Positions 12,729 through 25,951 of a stretch of DNA of 64,000 nt are shown in pieces. The notes under the pieces were generated by a model. It did no database searches and was not told the DNA's origin. It worked only from the letters and a program-made list of their open reading frames with translations. The translations under genes were made by a program, and so were the position numbers. Each line of letters starts with the position of its first letter. Position 1 is the first letter of the stretch. Origin of the DNA: Anthoceros angustus (Eukaryota > Plantae > Anthocerotophyta); contig MU008159.1 of the NCBI GenBank assembly GCA_010909165.1, positions 124,001 to 188,000 on the forward strand, written 5' to 3'.

Positions 12729-12880
12729 TATACAACACAAACTATGCTGGCCAAAATATACAACACAAACTATGCTGGCCAAATATACAACACAAACTAT
12801 GCTGGCCAAATATACAACACAAACTATGCTGGCCAAATATACAACACAAACTATGCTGGCCAAAATATACAACACAAACT
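12729..12880. repeat. 27/28-bp tandem repeat TATACAACACAAACTATGCTGGCCAAA(A), about 5.5 copies
   Basis: Read directly. Confidence 0.95.
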
Positions 12881-13250
12881 GCGCCGGCATGCCGGCGTCT
12901 TCATTCAAAGTATACTTTGTGTTTTCTACATTGTTATATGGAAAAGTTAATGTGGCCAAATCGGTTGAGACTTGAAGTAAAATGCGTCCAACTCCCAACT
13001 CTGTTGCTTGTTGTTGACACTTGATGTAAGCATGCACACCATCTGGATTTGCGAGGTTGTACCCAAATCGGTTGAGACTTGTAGTAAAATGCGCCCAACT
13101 CTAAACAGTGCTTGTTGTTGACACTTGATGCAAAATGCCCACTACCAAAAGCTGCCACCATTTCTCTTCCACAACAACTGAACTGCAAAATTGTGGTAGA
13201 CGGTTTCCACAACAACTGAACTGCAAAATTGTGCTAGACGGTGTCAGCAA

Positions 13251-13324
13251 TGGCCTATACAGGTTTCGAACCTGTGACCTTCGCGTTATTAGCACGACGC
13301 TCTAACCAACTGAGCTAATAGGCC
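13251..13324 (-). tRNA. tRNA-Ile (anticodon AAU)
   Basis: Reverse complement GGCCTATTAGCTCAGTTGGTTAGAGCGTCGTGCTAATAACGCGAAGGTCACAGGTTCGAAACCTGTATAGGCCA gives a full cloverleaf with A and B boxes and an AAT anticodon. A T4 tract lies downstream. Confidence 0.95.
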
Positions 13325-13398
13325 ACAACAATAGCGCCTGTTATTATTTTAATTATTTTTTTGTTTAAGCTCTTCCTCTCTGTCACTCCCTCTCTCCA

Positions 13399-15329
13399 CC
13401 GCAGACGAGGCCCGCAACCATGGCCCAGTGTAAAGCAACCATGGCAGGGGGATTTGTTCCGACTGTCAGCAATGGAGGGATGGGATCGATCGCAAACGGC
13501 TTCAAAATCCCAGCTTTCGTCTTGTCCCCCAGTGAGTCGTAATTCTGCTCTCCGGTTACCTTGCGAACAGAAGAAATAGAAGGCAATCTCTGGTAGCTAT
13601 GGATACAGGCATTTAGTGCTGCTCCTGATGCAGAAGCTCTACGCTATCAGAGACTTGTACAACTGCAATCGCTATCTCAAACAATTAAGGGCTCAGCTGG
13701 CCGTGGCGCTGATCCTGGAGCCGACTCACAGAAGGTACAGATCCATGCGCACTGTAATGGCTTAACATCTAGGATATGGTGATGGGAGCTGGAAGTATGT
13801 ACAGCAGCTGGAAACCTCTCCCTCACTTTCCAGTTTGAGTCAAAAGTCACCTGACAGTTTTGTTGAAAGGCTTGCAGAAGATGCAGTCCGTGACGCAGCT
13901 CCTCAAGAACGCTAACCGTATCTTACCTCATGCTGTCGTTGGAAGTACAGTTCTGGCTTTGGCCCACCCACCTTCATTTACATGGTTTTCAACAAGGTAG
14001 GATGACACCTGTTCTGAAGCTGGCAGCAACCTTGAAGATTCATCATTTTCTGGTCTAACTGTGCACGACTGACTAAACCTTTTATATCCACCTGTTTGTA
14101 GATACTATGCTCCTGCGTTAGGCTACTTGATGTTTGCAGTCGGCATCAACCTGAGTTTGGATGATTTTTTTCAGGTTCTTCAGCGTCCTTGGATCATCGC
14201 CCTAGGTTATGCTGGCCAATATGTAGTGAAGCCAATTCTTGGTCTGCTGTTTGCCTCGGTGGCTGTCTCTGCTCTTGGCCTGCCTGAAGCTATTGGTAAG
14301 GGGTTGTCGAGAAAGAAAACCTCTATTTGCATGAGGATTCTAGCAATTGCTTTCAGGCTCACATGAATTTGGTCGCAGGGTCTGGGCTTCTGCTGATGTC
14401 ATGTGTGAGTGGCGCCCAGTTATCAAACTATGCAACTTATATGGTAGAACCGACCATGGCTCCTCTGAGTATAGTTATGACGGCACTGTCAACAGCTACC
14501 GCTGTATTTGTGACCCCTACGCTGACACTTCTGCTTTTGGGGCGCCGACTTCCTGTGGATGTTCCAGGCATGGTGAGAAACATCACACAAATTGTGGTTG
14601 TTCCCATCACAGCCGGTCTCCTCTTCAACAGGTCAAGTACCACAGCACATTGTGTCCGACCTTGGTGTACCATCAAATCTTATGATTCTCAGAGCTCTGC
14701 TGTCCGAGAATTCTTCAGGAGGTGCTGAAGTGGTCGCATCACTCTGAATGCAGATTCATCCCTCGTCTCACCGGGTCCATCAAGGTCTTCTTGCCAGCTT
14801 TGTCGGTGATAGTTACATGCCTCTGTGTTGGTTCTCCCTTGGCCTGCAACATCCACATACTTCGCTCTTGGCATGGACTGGCACTTCTGGTGCCGGTGCT
14901 CGGCTTCCACGCAGTTGCATTTGTAGTTGGCTACAAACTACCTCAGGTTGTCTTCCCTTCCGCTCCAGATTTGGATGGTCTTTCGAAAGCCATCTCTCTT
15001 GAGACAGGTAAGGTCGAGGATTCCAGGGGCTTCTCTCCTTGGGGAAGAAATCTCACGGTTCGAGGGTCTCACAAAGTCTTCACCTGACAGGCATGCAAAG
15101 CAGTCTCCTTAGTCTGGCTCTGGCAAACACGTTCTTCATGGACCCTTCGGTTGGCGTCGCCTCCGCTATTTCTGTAAGTTTTTTCCTCTCACCTTCCGCG
15201 AGCTGGATTCTAGGCAGCAACAAGACTGAAGAAAACCTTCGACCTTTGCTTTTGCAGGTGGTTGTAATGACGTTGATGGGATTTGCACTGGCTTCGCATT
15301 GGAACAGCAAGAATGCTCCCACTCGATAA
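13399..15329 (+). CDS. BASS6: Plastid-type sodium/metabolite cotransporter, BASS5/BASS6-like (bile acid:sodium symporter family), multi-exon
   Basis: Exons encode LPHAVVGSTVLALAHPPSFTWF, YYAPALGYLMFAVGIN, YAGQYVVKP, SCVSGAQLSNYATY, TGMQSSLLSLALANTFFMDPSVGV and VVVMTLMGFALASHW, which are BASS5/6 signature segments. GT-AG introns. The 5' exons are approximate. Confidence 0.85.
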
Positions 15330-15399
15330 ACATGAGGTGGTCGACTTTTATCCAAAAAACTGCTGGGAAGTCAGGAGAGCCTTGAAGTCTCAGCATGGT

Positions 15400-15711
15400 C
15401 TCCTGATGCAGAAGCTCTACGCTATCAGAGACTTGTACAACTGCAATCGCTATCTCAAACAATTAAGGGCTCAGCTGGCCGTGGCGCTGATCCTGGAGCC
15501 GACTCACAGAAGGTACAGATCCATGCGCACTGTAATGGCTTAACATCTAGGATATGGTGATGGAGCTGGAAGTATGTACAGCAGCTGGAAACCTCTCCCT
15601 CACTTTCCAGTTTGAGTCAAAGTCACCTGACAGTTTTGTTGAAAGGCTTGCAGAAGATGCAGTCCGTGACGCAGCTCCTCAAGAACGCTAACCGTATCTT
15701 ACCTCATGCTG
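15400..15711 (+). repeat. Near-identical copy of BASS 5' segment 13622-13935
   Basis: CTCCTGATGCAGAAGCTC...TTACCTCATGCTG repeated with only 1-2 indels. Confidence 0.9.
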
Positions 15712-16039
15712 CTCTCTCACCAGCTTCTTAGTGACATCGAAGAGCTCTGCAGCAGGGGCTCTGTTGAGAGCGATCTAGAAGCCCACCAGGTGGATCAACT
15801 GTTTTGTCGATCCAGGCCGACTTCTGTCTGCCATGCGTTCTGCACGGAGCTCCGAAGCCATGTAGCTCATTGCGTTGCGCCGGTAGCGGGTGAACAACGG
15901 GCTCTCGGGAAAGGTCCGCTTCCAGATCGTAGCCGGGAATGGTACAAGTCGACACCTCTACATCGCAGTGGTGACCTGCGGCAGGCAAGCACATGCCAAC
16001 GATATTGGGGGATGATTGTCCTGACGTGCTTGGCACGTC

Positions 16040-19000
16040 TTGCGACGAGCCATGGCCGCCTTGAGGACAACAGGCGTTCTGGGGAGAGCTCCAACTCGAA
16101 TGCTGACGGGATACGAACGGGGCGTGACGGCTGAGACCGTGAGCAAGCTATGTCAGGATGGCCATGTTAAGGAGGCTGTTGAGGCCTTAAGAGTGCTGGT
16201 GGGGCGGGACTGTTGTATTTCCAAATCGCTGTTTTATACTGTGTTGAAGAAATGTGTATTGAAGAAGGATCTTGTGCTGGGTCGCCGCGTGCATGAGTTG
16301 ACGGTGAGGAAGGGGTATCAGTCGGACACGTTCCTGTGCAACCACATTCTCCGAATGTATGCCTCTCATGGGATGTTGCAAGACGCGATGGATGTGTTTG
16401 AAGTGGTTGCCACACCGGATGCCTTCATGTGGTCGTCCATAATCTCAGCTCATGTTAAACAGGGAGAAGACAAGCAGGCTGTACAGCTGTATCATCGGAT
16501 GCGGGGGTCAGGTGCCAAGCCAGATGGGCATGTCTTTGTGGCAGCCCTTCAGGCTTGCGCGAGGAGGGCAGACTTGAAAGCAGGGCGGCAGGTGCATGCA
16601 GATGTGTTGGCCAGTGGGGTTGAGCCTGATTTGTTTGTCTGTAACTGCTTGGTGGACATGTATGCAAAGTGTGGCAGCCTGGAAGACGGTCAGAGAGTGT
16701 TTGATGGACTTGGTCGGAGAGACGTGGTGACATGGAATACCATGATAGCAGGGTATTCTCAGCAGGGCATGGGTGAGGAAGCCCTTCGTCTTTACAGTGC
16801 TATGCAAGAGGAAGGAAAGATTTTGCCTGATTCCGTGACATTCGTGTGCCTCCTGCAGGCATGTGCAAGTGTGGGCATCCAAGCTTTGGAGATGGGAAGG
16901 CAGCTTCATTTGCTGATTAAGGAGCGAGGATACGAAGGTGATGTGTTTGTAACCAACAGTTTGGTCAACATGTATGTAAAGTGTGGCAGCATAGAAGAGG
17001 GGCAGAGCGTCTTTGACGGACTTGGCCAAAAAGATGTGGTGACGTGGAATGCTCTAATAGCAGGCTATTCACAGCAGGGTATGGGCATGAAGCCTTTCGT
17101 CTCTACAATGTTATGCAGAAAGAAGGCATGACTGTACCCAGCTCCGTGACATTGTGTGCCTCCTGCAAGCATGTGCAAGTGTGGGAAACCTGGGTTTAGA
17201 CATGGGGAAGCCTTCATGTGGTCGTCCATAATCTCAGCTCATGTTAAACAGGGAGAAGACAAGCAGGCTGTACAGCTGTATCATCGGATGCGGGGGTCAG
17301 GTGCCAAGCCAGATGGGCATGTCTTTGTGGCAGCCCTTCAGGCTTGCGCGAGGAGGGCAGACTTGAAAGCAGGGCGGCAGGTGCATGCAGATGTGTTGGC
17401 CAGTGGGGTTGAGCCTGATTTGTTTGTCTGTAACTGCTTGGTGGACATGTATGCAAAGTGTGGCAGCCTGGAAGACGGTCAGAGAGTGTTTGATGGACTT
17501 GGTCGGAGAGACGTGGTGACATGGAATACCATGATAGCAGGGTATTCTCAGCAGGGCATGGGTGAGGAAGCCCTTCGTCTTTACAGTGCTATGCAAGAGG
17601 AAGGAAAGATTTTGCCTGATTCCGTGACATTCTGTGCCTCCTGCAGGCATGTGCAAGTGTGGCATCCAAGCTTTGGAGATGGGAAGGCAGCTTCATTTGC
17701 TGATTAAGGAGCGAGGATACGAAGGTGATGTGTTTGTAACCAACAGTTTGGTCAACATGTATGTAAAGTGTGGCAGCATAGAAGAGGGGCAGAGCGTCTT
17801 TGACGGACTTGGCCAAAAAGATGTGGTGACGTGGAATGCTCTAATAGCAGGCTATTCACAGCAGGGTATGGGGCATGAAGCCTTTCGTCTCTACAATGTT
17901 ATGCAGAAAGAAGGCATGACTGTACCCAGCTCCGTGACATTTGTGTGCCTCCTGCAAGCATGTGCGAGTGTGGGAAACCTGGGTTTAGACATGGGGAAGC
18001 AGCTTCATGCGCAAATTAGAGAACGAGGACTTGAAGCTGATGTGTTTGTAGCAAACAGTGTGGTGAACATGTATGCGAAGTGTGGCAGCTTGAAAGATGC
18101 TCAAGGGCTCTTCGATGTACTTGGTCAAAAAGATGTAGTGACATGGACTGTTCTACTTGCAGGCTATTCCCAGCAGGGCATGGGCTTGGAAGCCCTTCGT
18201 CTGTACACTGCTATGCAAGAAGAAGGCATAGCTGTACCCGATTCCGTGACATTTCTGTGCCTCCTGCAGGCATGTGCAACTGTGGGCACCCGTGCTTTGG
18301 AGACGGGTAGGCAGCTTCATGCGCAGATAACAGAGCGAGGCCATCAAGCTGACACGCTCGTAGCCAACAGTTTGGTAAACATGTATGCAAAGTGTGGCTG
18401 CCTAGAAGACGCTCAAAGGGTTTTTCAGGGAATTGGTCAAAAAGATGTCATAACTTGGACCGCTCTAATTGCAGGGTATTCCCAGCAGGGCATGGGCCAG
18501 GAGGCCCTTCGGCTGTACACTGTCATGGAAGGAGGAGGTATTGCTATACCCAATTCCGCTACCTATGTCTGCCTCCTGCAGGCATGTGCTAGCGTGGCAG
18601 CCCAAGTTTAAAGATGGGAAGCGACTTCATGCAAGTCAGAGAACGACGACAAGAAGCTGATGGGTTTGTAGCCAACAGTTTGGTAAACATGTATGCAAAA
18701 TGTGGCAGCCTAGAGGATGCTCAGGCTGTGTTTGATGAGCTTGTTGAAAAAGATGTGGTGACTTGGACTGCCATGATAGCAGGGTATTCCCAGCAGGGTA
18801 GGGAGCTGGAAGCCCTTCGCCTTTACAGGGCTATGCAAGCAGAAGGCATTGCTGTACCTGACTCAGTCACGTTTGTGTGCCTACTGCAGGCATGCGCAAG
18901 TATGGGCCTCCGGGGATTGGAGGAAGGGAAGCAGCTTCATGAGCAAATTAGAGAGAAAGGATATCAAGGTGATGTGTTTGTAGCCAGCAGTTTGGTGAAC

Positions 19001-22000
19001 CTCTATGTGAAGTGTGGGAGCTTGGCAGACGCTCAAAGAGTGTTTGACTGTCTTGGTCAAAAGGATGTGGTGACATGGACGGCTCTGATTGCTGGATATT
19101 CTCAGCAGGGGATGGGTCAGCAGGCCCTTCATCTCTACAGTGCTATGCAAGAAGAAGGCATAGCTGTGCCCAATGCCGTGACATTTGTATCCCTGCTTCA
19201 GGCATGTGCAAAATGTAGGCATGCCTGCATTGGAACAGGAAGCAGCTTCATGCAAATTAGAGAGCAAGGACACCGAACTGATGTATTTTGCGCCAACAGT
19301 TTGGTGAACATGTATGCAAAATGTGGCAGCTTGGAAGACGCGCAAGCAGTATTTGACGGACTTGGTCAAAAGATGTAGTCACGTGGACTGCTCTGATTGC
19401 AGGATATTCCCAGAAGGCATGGGTCAGGAAGCCCTTCATCTCTACAATGCAATGCAAGAAGGAGGCATTGTTGTACCCAATTCAGTGACATTTGTGTGCC
19501 TCCAGGCATGTGCAAGTTTGGGCATGCCGGCTTTGGGGAATGGAAAGCAGCTGCATACACAAATTAGAGAACAAGGACACCATACTGATGTGTTTGTAGC
19601 TAACAATTTGGTGAACATGTATGCGAAGTGTGGCAGCATGGAAGATGCACAGAGAGTGTTTGACGAAATTGGTGAAAAGGACGTGGTTTTGTGGACGGCC
19701 TTGATCGGAGGGTATTCCCAGCAGGGCATGGGGCAGGAAGCCCTTAGGGTCTACAGTCTCATGCAAGAAGAGGGGATCACCAAACCCAATTCTGTAACCT
19801 TCATTTGCCTCCTGCATGCATGCACGAGTATGGGAACCTCGGCTCTGAAGATTGGAAAACAGCTTCATGGGCAAATTAGAGAAGAAGGTCATCAGGCGGA
19901 TGTGTTTGTAGCCAACAGTTTGGTAAACATGTACGCTAAGTGTGGCAGCTTGGAAGACGCCAAGAGTGTGTTTGCTGAGCTTGGTCAAAAAGATGTGGTG
20001 ACGTGGAATGTCATGATAGCGGGTTATTCTCAGCAGGGCATGGGGCAAGGAGGCCCTTGATCTCTACAGTGCAATGGAAGAAGAAGGCATGGCTTTCCTG
20101 ATTGTGTGACATTTGTGTGCCTCCTACAGGCATGTGCGAGTGTGGGCGCCCCAGCATTGAGAAGGAAGCAGCTTCATGCACAAGTTAGAAAACTGGGACA
20201 TGAAGCTGATGTGTTTGTAGCAAACAGTGTGGTGAACATGTATGCAAAGTGTGGCAGCTTGAAAAGATGCTCAAGGGCTCTTGATGTACTTGGTCAAAAA
20301 GATGTAGTGACATGGACTGTTCTACTTGCAGGCTATTCCCAGCAGGGCATGGGCTTGGAAGCCCTTCGTCTGTACACTGCTATGCAAGAAGAAGGCATAG
20401 CTGTACCCGATTCCGTGACATTTCTGTGCCTCCTGCAGGCATGTGCAACTGTGGGCACCCGTGCTTTGGAGACGGGTAGGCAGCTTCATGCGCAGATAAC
20501 AGAGCGAGGCCATCAAGCTGACACGCTCGTAGCCAACAGTTTGGTAAACATGTATGCAAAGTGTGGCTGCCTAGAAGACGCTCAAAGGGTTTTTCAGGGA
20601 ATTGGTCAAAAAGATGTCATAACTTGGACCGCTCTAATTGCAGGGTATTCCCAGCAGGGCATGGGCCAGGAGGCCCTTCGGCTGTACACTGTCATGGAAG
20701 GAGGAGGTATTGCTATACCCAATTCCGCTACCTATGTCTGCCTCCTGCAGGCATGTGCTAGCGTGGGCAGCCCAAGTTTAAAGATGGGGAAGCGACTTCA
20801 TGCGCAAGTCAGAGAACGACGACAAGAAGCTGATGGGTTTGTAGCCAACAGTTTGGTAAACATGTATGCAAAATGTGGCAGCCTAGAGGATGCTCAGGCT
20901 GTGTTTGATGAGCTTGTTGAAAAAGATGTGGTGACTTGGACTGCCATGATAGCAGGGTATTCCCAGCAGGGTAGGGAGCTGGAAGCCCTTCGCCTTTACA
21001 GGGCTATGCAAGCAGAAGGCATTGCTGTACCTGACTCAGTCACGTTTGTGTGCCTACTGCAGGCATGCGCAAGTATGGGCCTGCCGGCTTTGGGGAATGG
21101 AAAGCAGCTTCATGAGCAAATTAGAGAGAAAGGATATCAAGGTGATGTGTTTGTAGCCAGCAGTTTGGTGAACCTCTATGTGAAGTGTGGGAGCTTGGCA
21201 GACGCTCAAAGAGTGTTTGACTGTCTTGGTCAAAAGGATGTGGTGACATGGACGGCTCTGATTGCTGGATATTCTCAGCAGGGGATGGGTCAGCAGGCCC
21301 TTCATCTCTACAGTGCTATGCAAGAAGAAGGCATAGCTGTGCCCAATGCCGTGACATTTGTATCCCTGCTTCAGGCATGTGCAAATGTAGGCATGCCTGC
21401 ATTGGAACAGGGGAAGCAGCTTCATGCGCAAATTAGAGAGCAAGGACACCGAACTGATGTATTTTGCGCCAACAGTTTGGTGAACATGTATGCAAAATGT
21501 GGCAGCTTGGAAGACGCGCAAGCAGTATTTGACGGACTTGGTCAAAAAGATGTAGTCACGTGGACTGCTCTGATTGCAGGATATTCCCAGAAGGGCATGG
21601 GTCAGGAAGCCCTTCATCTCTACAATGCAATGCAAGAAGGAGGCATTGTTGTACCCAATTCAGTGACATTTGTGTGCCTCCTCCAGGCATGTGCAAGTTT
21701 GGGCATGCCGGCTTTGGGGAATGGAAAGCAGCTGCATACACAAATTAGAGAACAAGGACACCATACTGATGTGTTTGTAGCTAACAATTTGGTGAACATG
21801 TATGCGAAGTGTGGCAGCATGGAAGATGCACAGAGAGTGTTTGACGAAATTGGTGAAAAGGACGTGGTTTTGTGGACGGCCTTGATCGGAGGGTATTCCC
21901 AGCAGGGCATGGGGCAGGAAGCCCTTAGGGTCTACAGTCTCATGCAAGAAGAGGGGATCACCAAACCCAATTCTGTAACCTTCATTTGCCTCCTGCATGC

Positions 22001-23405
22001 ATGCACGAGTATGGGAACCTCGGCTCTGAAGATTGGAAAACAGCTTCATGGGCAAATTAGAGAAGAAGGTCATCAGGCGGATGTGTTTGTAGCCAACAGT
22101 TTGGTAAACATGTACGCTAAGTGTGGCAGCTTGGAAGACGCCAAGAGTGTGTTTGCTGAGCTTGGTCAAAAAGATGTGGTGACGTGGAATGTCATGATAG
22201 CGGGTTATTCTCAGCAGGGCATGGGCAAGGAGGCCCTTGATCTCTACAGTGCAATGGAAGAAGAAGGCATGGCTTTCCCTGATTGTGTGACATTTGTGTG
22301 CCTCCTACAGGCATGTGCGAGTGTGGGCGCCCCAGCATTGGAGAAGGGAAAGCAGCTTCATGCACAAGTTAGAAAACTGGGACATGAAGCTGATATCTTC
22401 ATCGCCAACAGTCTGATAGACATGTACGCAAAGTGTGGCAGTTTGGAGGATGCTCAGAGACTGTTTGACAGAAGTGGTCAAGGAGATGTTGTGACGTGGA
22501 ATGCTATGATAGCTGGGTATGCCCAGCAGGGCATGGGCCAGGAAGCACTTCAGCTCTACAGTGCTATGCAAGAACAGAGAGTGTTTCTGCCCAATTCTGT
22601 GACATTTATGTGCCTCCTGCTGGCATGTGCTAACGTTGCAGCTTTGCATCTAGGAAGGCAGCTACATGCACAAATTGAAGAACAAGGTCTTCAAACTGAT
22701 GCGTCTATAGCCGGCAGTTTGATAAATATGTATGGCAAGTCCGGAAGTATGGTTGATGCCCAGCAGGTGTTCGATGCGTTGCCCAGGAGAGACGTTGTCA
22801 CCTGGAGTGCACTGATTGCAGGCTACACCTGTCAAGGCGACACTGAAGTGGTCTTTGATATGATGCAGAGAATGAGAGAGGATGGCATTCGGCCAGTCGG
22901 CATCACATTTCTCAGCGTACTAACGGTATGCAGTCATGCGGGTCTGGTGAGCAAGGGGAGAGAATACTTTGAATCCATGAGCAGAGACTATGGCATCACA
23001 CCCACGGTGGAGCATTACACGTGCATGGTAGATCTGCTGGGTCGTGCAGGCCGGCTGGATGAGGCACTAGCTTTGGTGAGGGCAATGCCTGAAATGCCTA
23101 ATGCTGCAATTTGGCACACTTTGTTGGGTGCTTGTCGAATGTACAGGAATGTGGAGGTGGGACGCTATGCTTTTGACCAGTCAGTGAAGCTAGACAAGAA
23201 AGATGCTGCAGCATACGTTTTGATGTCGAATGTATACAGAGGTGCTAGGATGTGCGTGCAGGCACAGGAGATGCAGGTGAGGAGAATGAGGTTGGGGGCA
23301 TGGAAGCAGCCGGGTCAGAGCTGGTGGACAGACATGGATGGAAGAGTCCATAGCTTTTTGGTAAGAGCCACGCAAGGAGGCCCTAAGAACCCCTCGAACT
23401 TGTAA
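16040..23405 (+). CDS. PLS-class PPR RNA-editing factor with E1/E2 and WW-type PG box, no DYW deaminase. Contains internal near-identical duplications (about 1450 aa once collapsed).
   Basis: ORF chain 16040-17131, 17156-17707, 17634-18611, 18614-19378, 19314-20060, 20106-23405 with P-L-S triplets. C-terminus is AWKQPGQSWWTDMDGRVHSFLV. Duplications are 16421-17209 / 17210-18000 and 18032-20200 / 20201-22394. The first ATG is at 16072. Confidence 0.9.
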
Positions 23406-23864
23406 TGTATACATAACTACGGCTCTGTAAATTATATCCCAGACGGTTAGGCCGCAGGCTGCACCGACGTTGCTTCAAAGCTCCCCCGAGATTGGAAGTC
23501 ATGATCAAGAACCTGTCAGGTGGGACTCTGAGGTTGAATGACAAGTGACTTTCAATCTCGGAGGAGCAATTTTGTTTGAGGGTGAAAAAATAGTTATGTT
23601 GAATTATAAACAAACAAACAATTTATTTTAAGTCTACTATTGACGGACATGCCGCCGTGGGATTCAGTACTCCGGGCAACTTGCTCCATGGATTAAATTA
23701 GGCTACTAGCACCAGAGGATTCTTCTCTAGGTACCCATCTAGGTCCCGCCTGTAGTGTAGAGCGCTTAACTCGGTCGTTCTTAAAGTATGTGTGTCCATC
23801 TGGCTAAGACGTTATTAAAGTATGTGTGTTCATTTGGCCTAAGCCATTTGGATGCCGCAAGGGC

Positions 23865-24070
23865 CTGAGGATGGATTCCATACCCTTAGTTTGCATGACT
23901 CATAATAACAACAACTTTATTTATGTCCCCCCACTGTGGATGGATCCCAAACCCTTCAGTTTGCGGAACTGACGACAACAACAACTTTATTTATGTCCCC
24001 CTACTGAGGATGGATCCCAGACCCTTCAGTTTGTTCGACTGACAACAACAACAACTTTATTTATGTTCGC
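23865..24070. repeat. 70-bp tandem repeat, about 3 copies
   Basis: ACAACTTTATTTATGT at 23911, 23981 and 24051; GGATGGAT.CCA.ACCCTT.AGTTTG in each unit. Confidence 0.85.
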
Positions 24071-25951
24071 CAAGGATGGAAGGACCATTATGAGACAGAG
24101 ATGGTACAGCATAAAGGAGGGAAAATCCGAGTACACATAACGCTCTACCACTGAGCTATAAAGGCCCCATAGCCTAAAGCCATTGGTAAATTATTCATCT
24201 TATGACTCTGTGAGGTGAGGTGGGGCTGCGAGTTCGATGGCTAACGTTTGGATCAGAATTATTGCGTGTCCAAGTACATAGATATATGTACACAACATCA
24301 CATATCGAATTAACTTCACATATGGATGTATGCAATATGTTGCCAATATGAGGGCGGATCCGATGTGCCCGTGCACTAGAGAGGGACAGGGTCACTAGGA
24401 TATTGACCCTATCAAAAAAGGACCTTACTTGCCGATCGGTATGAATTGAGGTGAGTTCACAGGAGTAGTTGATCTATCTCGTAAGTGTCGGAATTAATCT
24501 GGACCTGTTTGGACCTGGTAAATGGCTGAAATGGAGCTGAATGCTTGCACAGTTTTCTGGAATCCTAGATAAAACAGCAGTAGCTAGCTAAATTCCTTGG
24601 ATTAAAGGAGCTGATGCTTGGCTCCGAGTGAGTTAATCTAAAGTAGTGGTTGTACTTGCTGAAATAGCTTCAAATGCGTGCCTTGGGCTCTCCCTTTAGG
24701 TTGCGGTAGAAAGGAGCTTAGTTGCTCCTTTCTACCGTGACCCTTGGCAGTCTCCCTATGTTATATCTCTCTGCGGGACGGGCTCTCCCCATCATATCCT
24801 TCTTCAAGTAAAGTATCTAAGCATGTATGGATGATTGAAAATTTTCTAAGCTTATAATTCCTCCAATGTATTTTGCACTAACATTAGTTATATAGAGTTT
24901 CTCCATTAATATTTAATTAAAAAACTCCTTCTCCTACTCCTTTGTTGATTACATGGTTATAAGACTCTTATGAAGAAAAAATATTCTTTTTGTTAGCACT
25001 ATAAATTGTGGATGGATAGATTCGCTAGATAGGTACATAGATAGATATAAGAGATTGTGACATGTGTCATCATCGCCTTAGAGGACTTTTGGAACATGTA
25101 TAAGTGATTTTGATACTTAGACTGTAGCCCTATGGAAATTGAATGTTTAAAATTCATCATAGCAACGTGGGACGAGATGTGCAACAAAAGAGTCGAACTT
25201 GCATTGAAAAATTCTTATTTTTGTGTTCATGGGTGGGCTAAATTTAGTATTGAACATTCCAACTGAACAACATCCTATCAACGCGCATAGGGGTTACTGC
25301 AAGAGTCAAAATCGCACCCTTTGGGCAAGGAAAGTCGCCGTCTTGTACGCCCTCTACAGGGGGATAGACACCCGTTGCCTGGAGAAAGAAACAATACAAG
25401 AAAGAGGGAGATCAACCCCAATTACGTCTTGGAGTGGAACTCGCATCTTGTAGGTAAGATATCCTAGCATTATGTCATTAGACTAAACTCTTGTACAATT
25501 TTATTTATCTCTCCGAAGACAACTTGTAGATAAATATAGATATTTTAATTTTTATATTACTTATCAATTTTCTTCTTATGTTATAAAAAAAAACTTTTGT
25601 GATGACCTAGGTACATTATTAGTTGTTTAACTACAAGAGAAAATAGAGGCTTCATATGAAAAAAGGGATACGAAATTCCTTCTATTCCGATGGGGAAGCA
25701 TCCTATGGACGCCCCAGGCCAAGGGGGGACTAGCCCCCGGGATAGTCCAAACTTACATCTTACCCTTAACTACAAGCGTAATAAGGCATATTGTTATCAC
25801 TAATTCCTACTAAAAATTGTACACAACCAAAAGCAGAAACAATTCATGATTGGGTGGCAAGGTCACGTCGTGACCTTGACTCGAGACCGGGATTATTTGA
25901 TAAACTTCACCCATGGCATAGAACTAGTCACAGCGCCAACGGATCCAACTC

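Noticed and set aside
24141-24168. Second functional tRNA gene
   Set aside because: Only the D-arm/A-box is present; no anticodon arm, T-arm or acceptor pairing.
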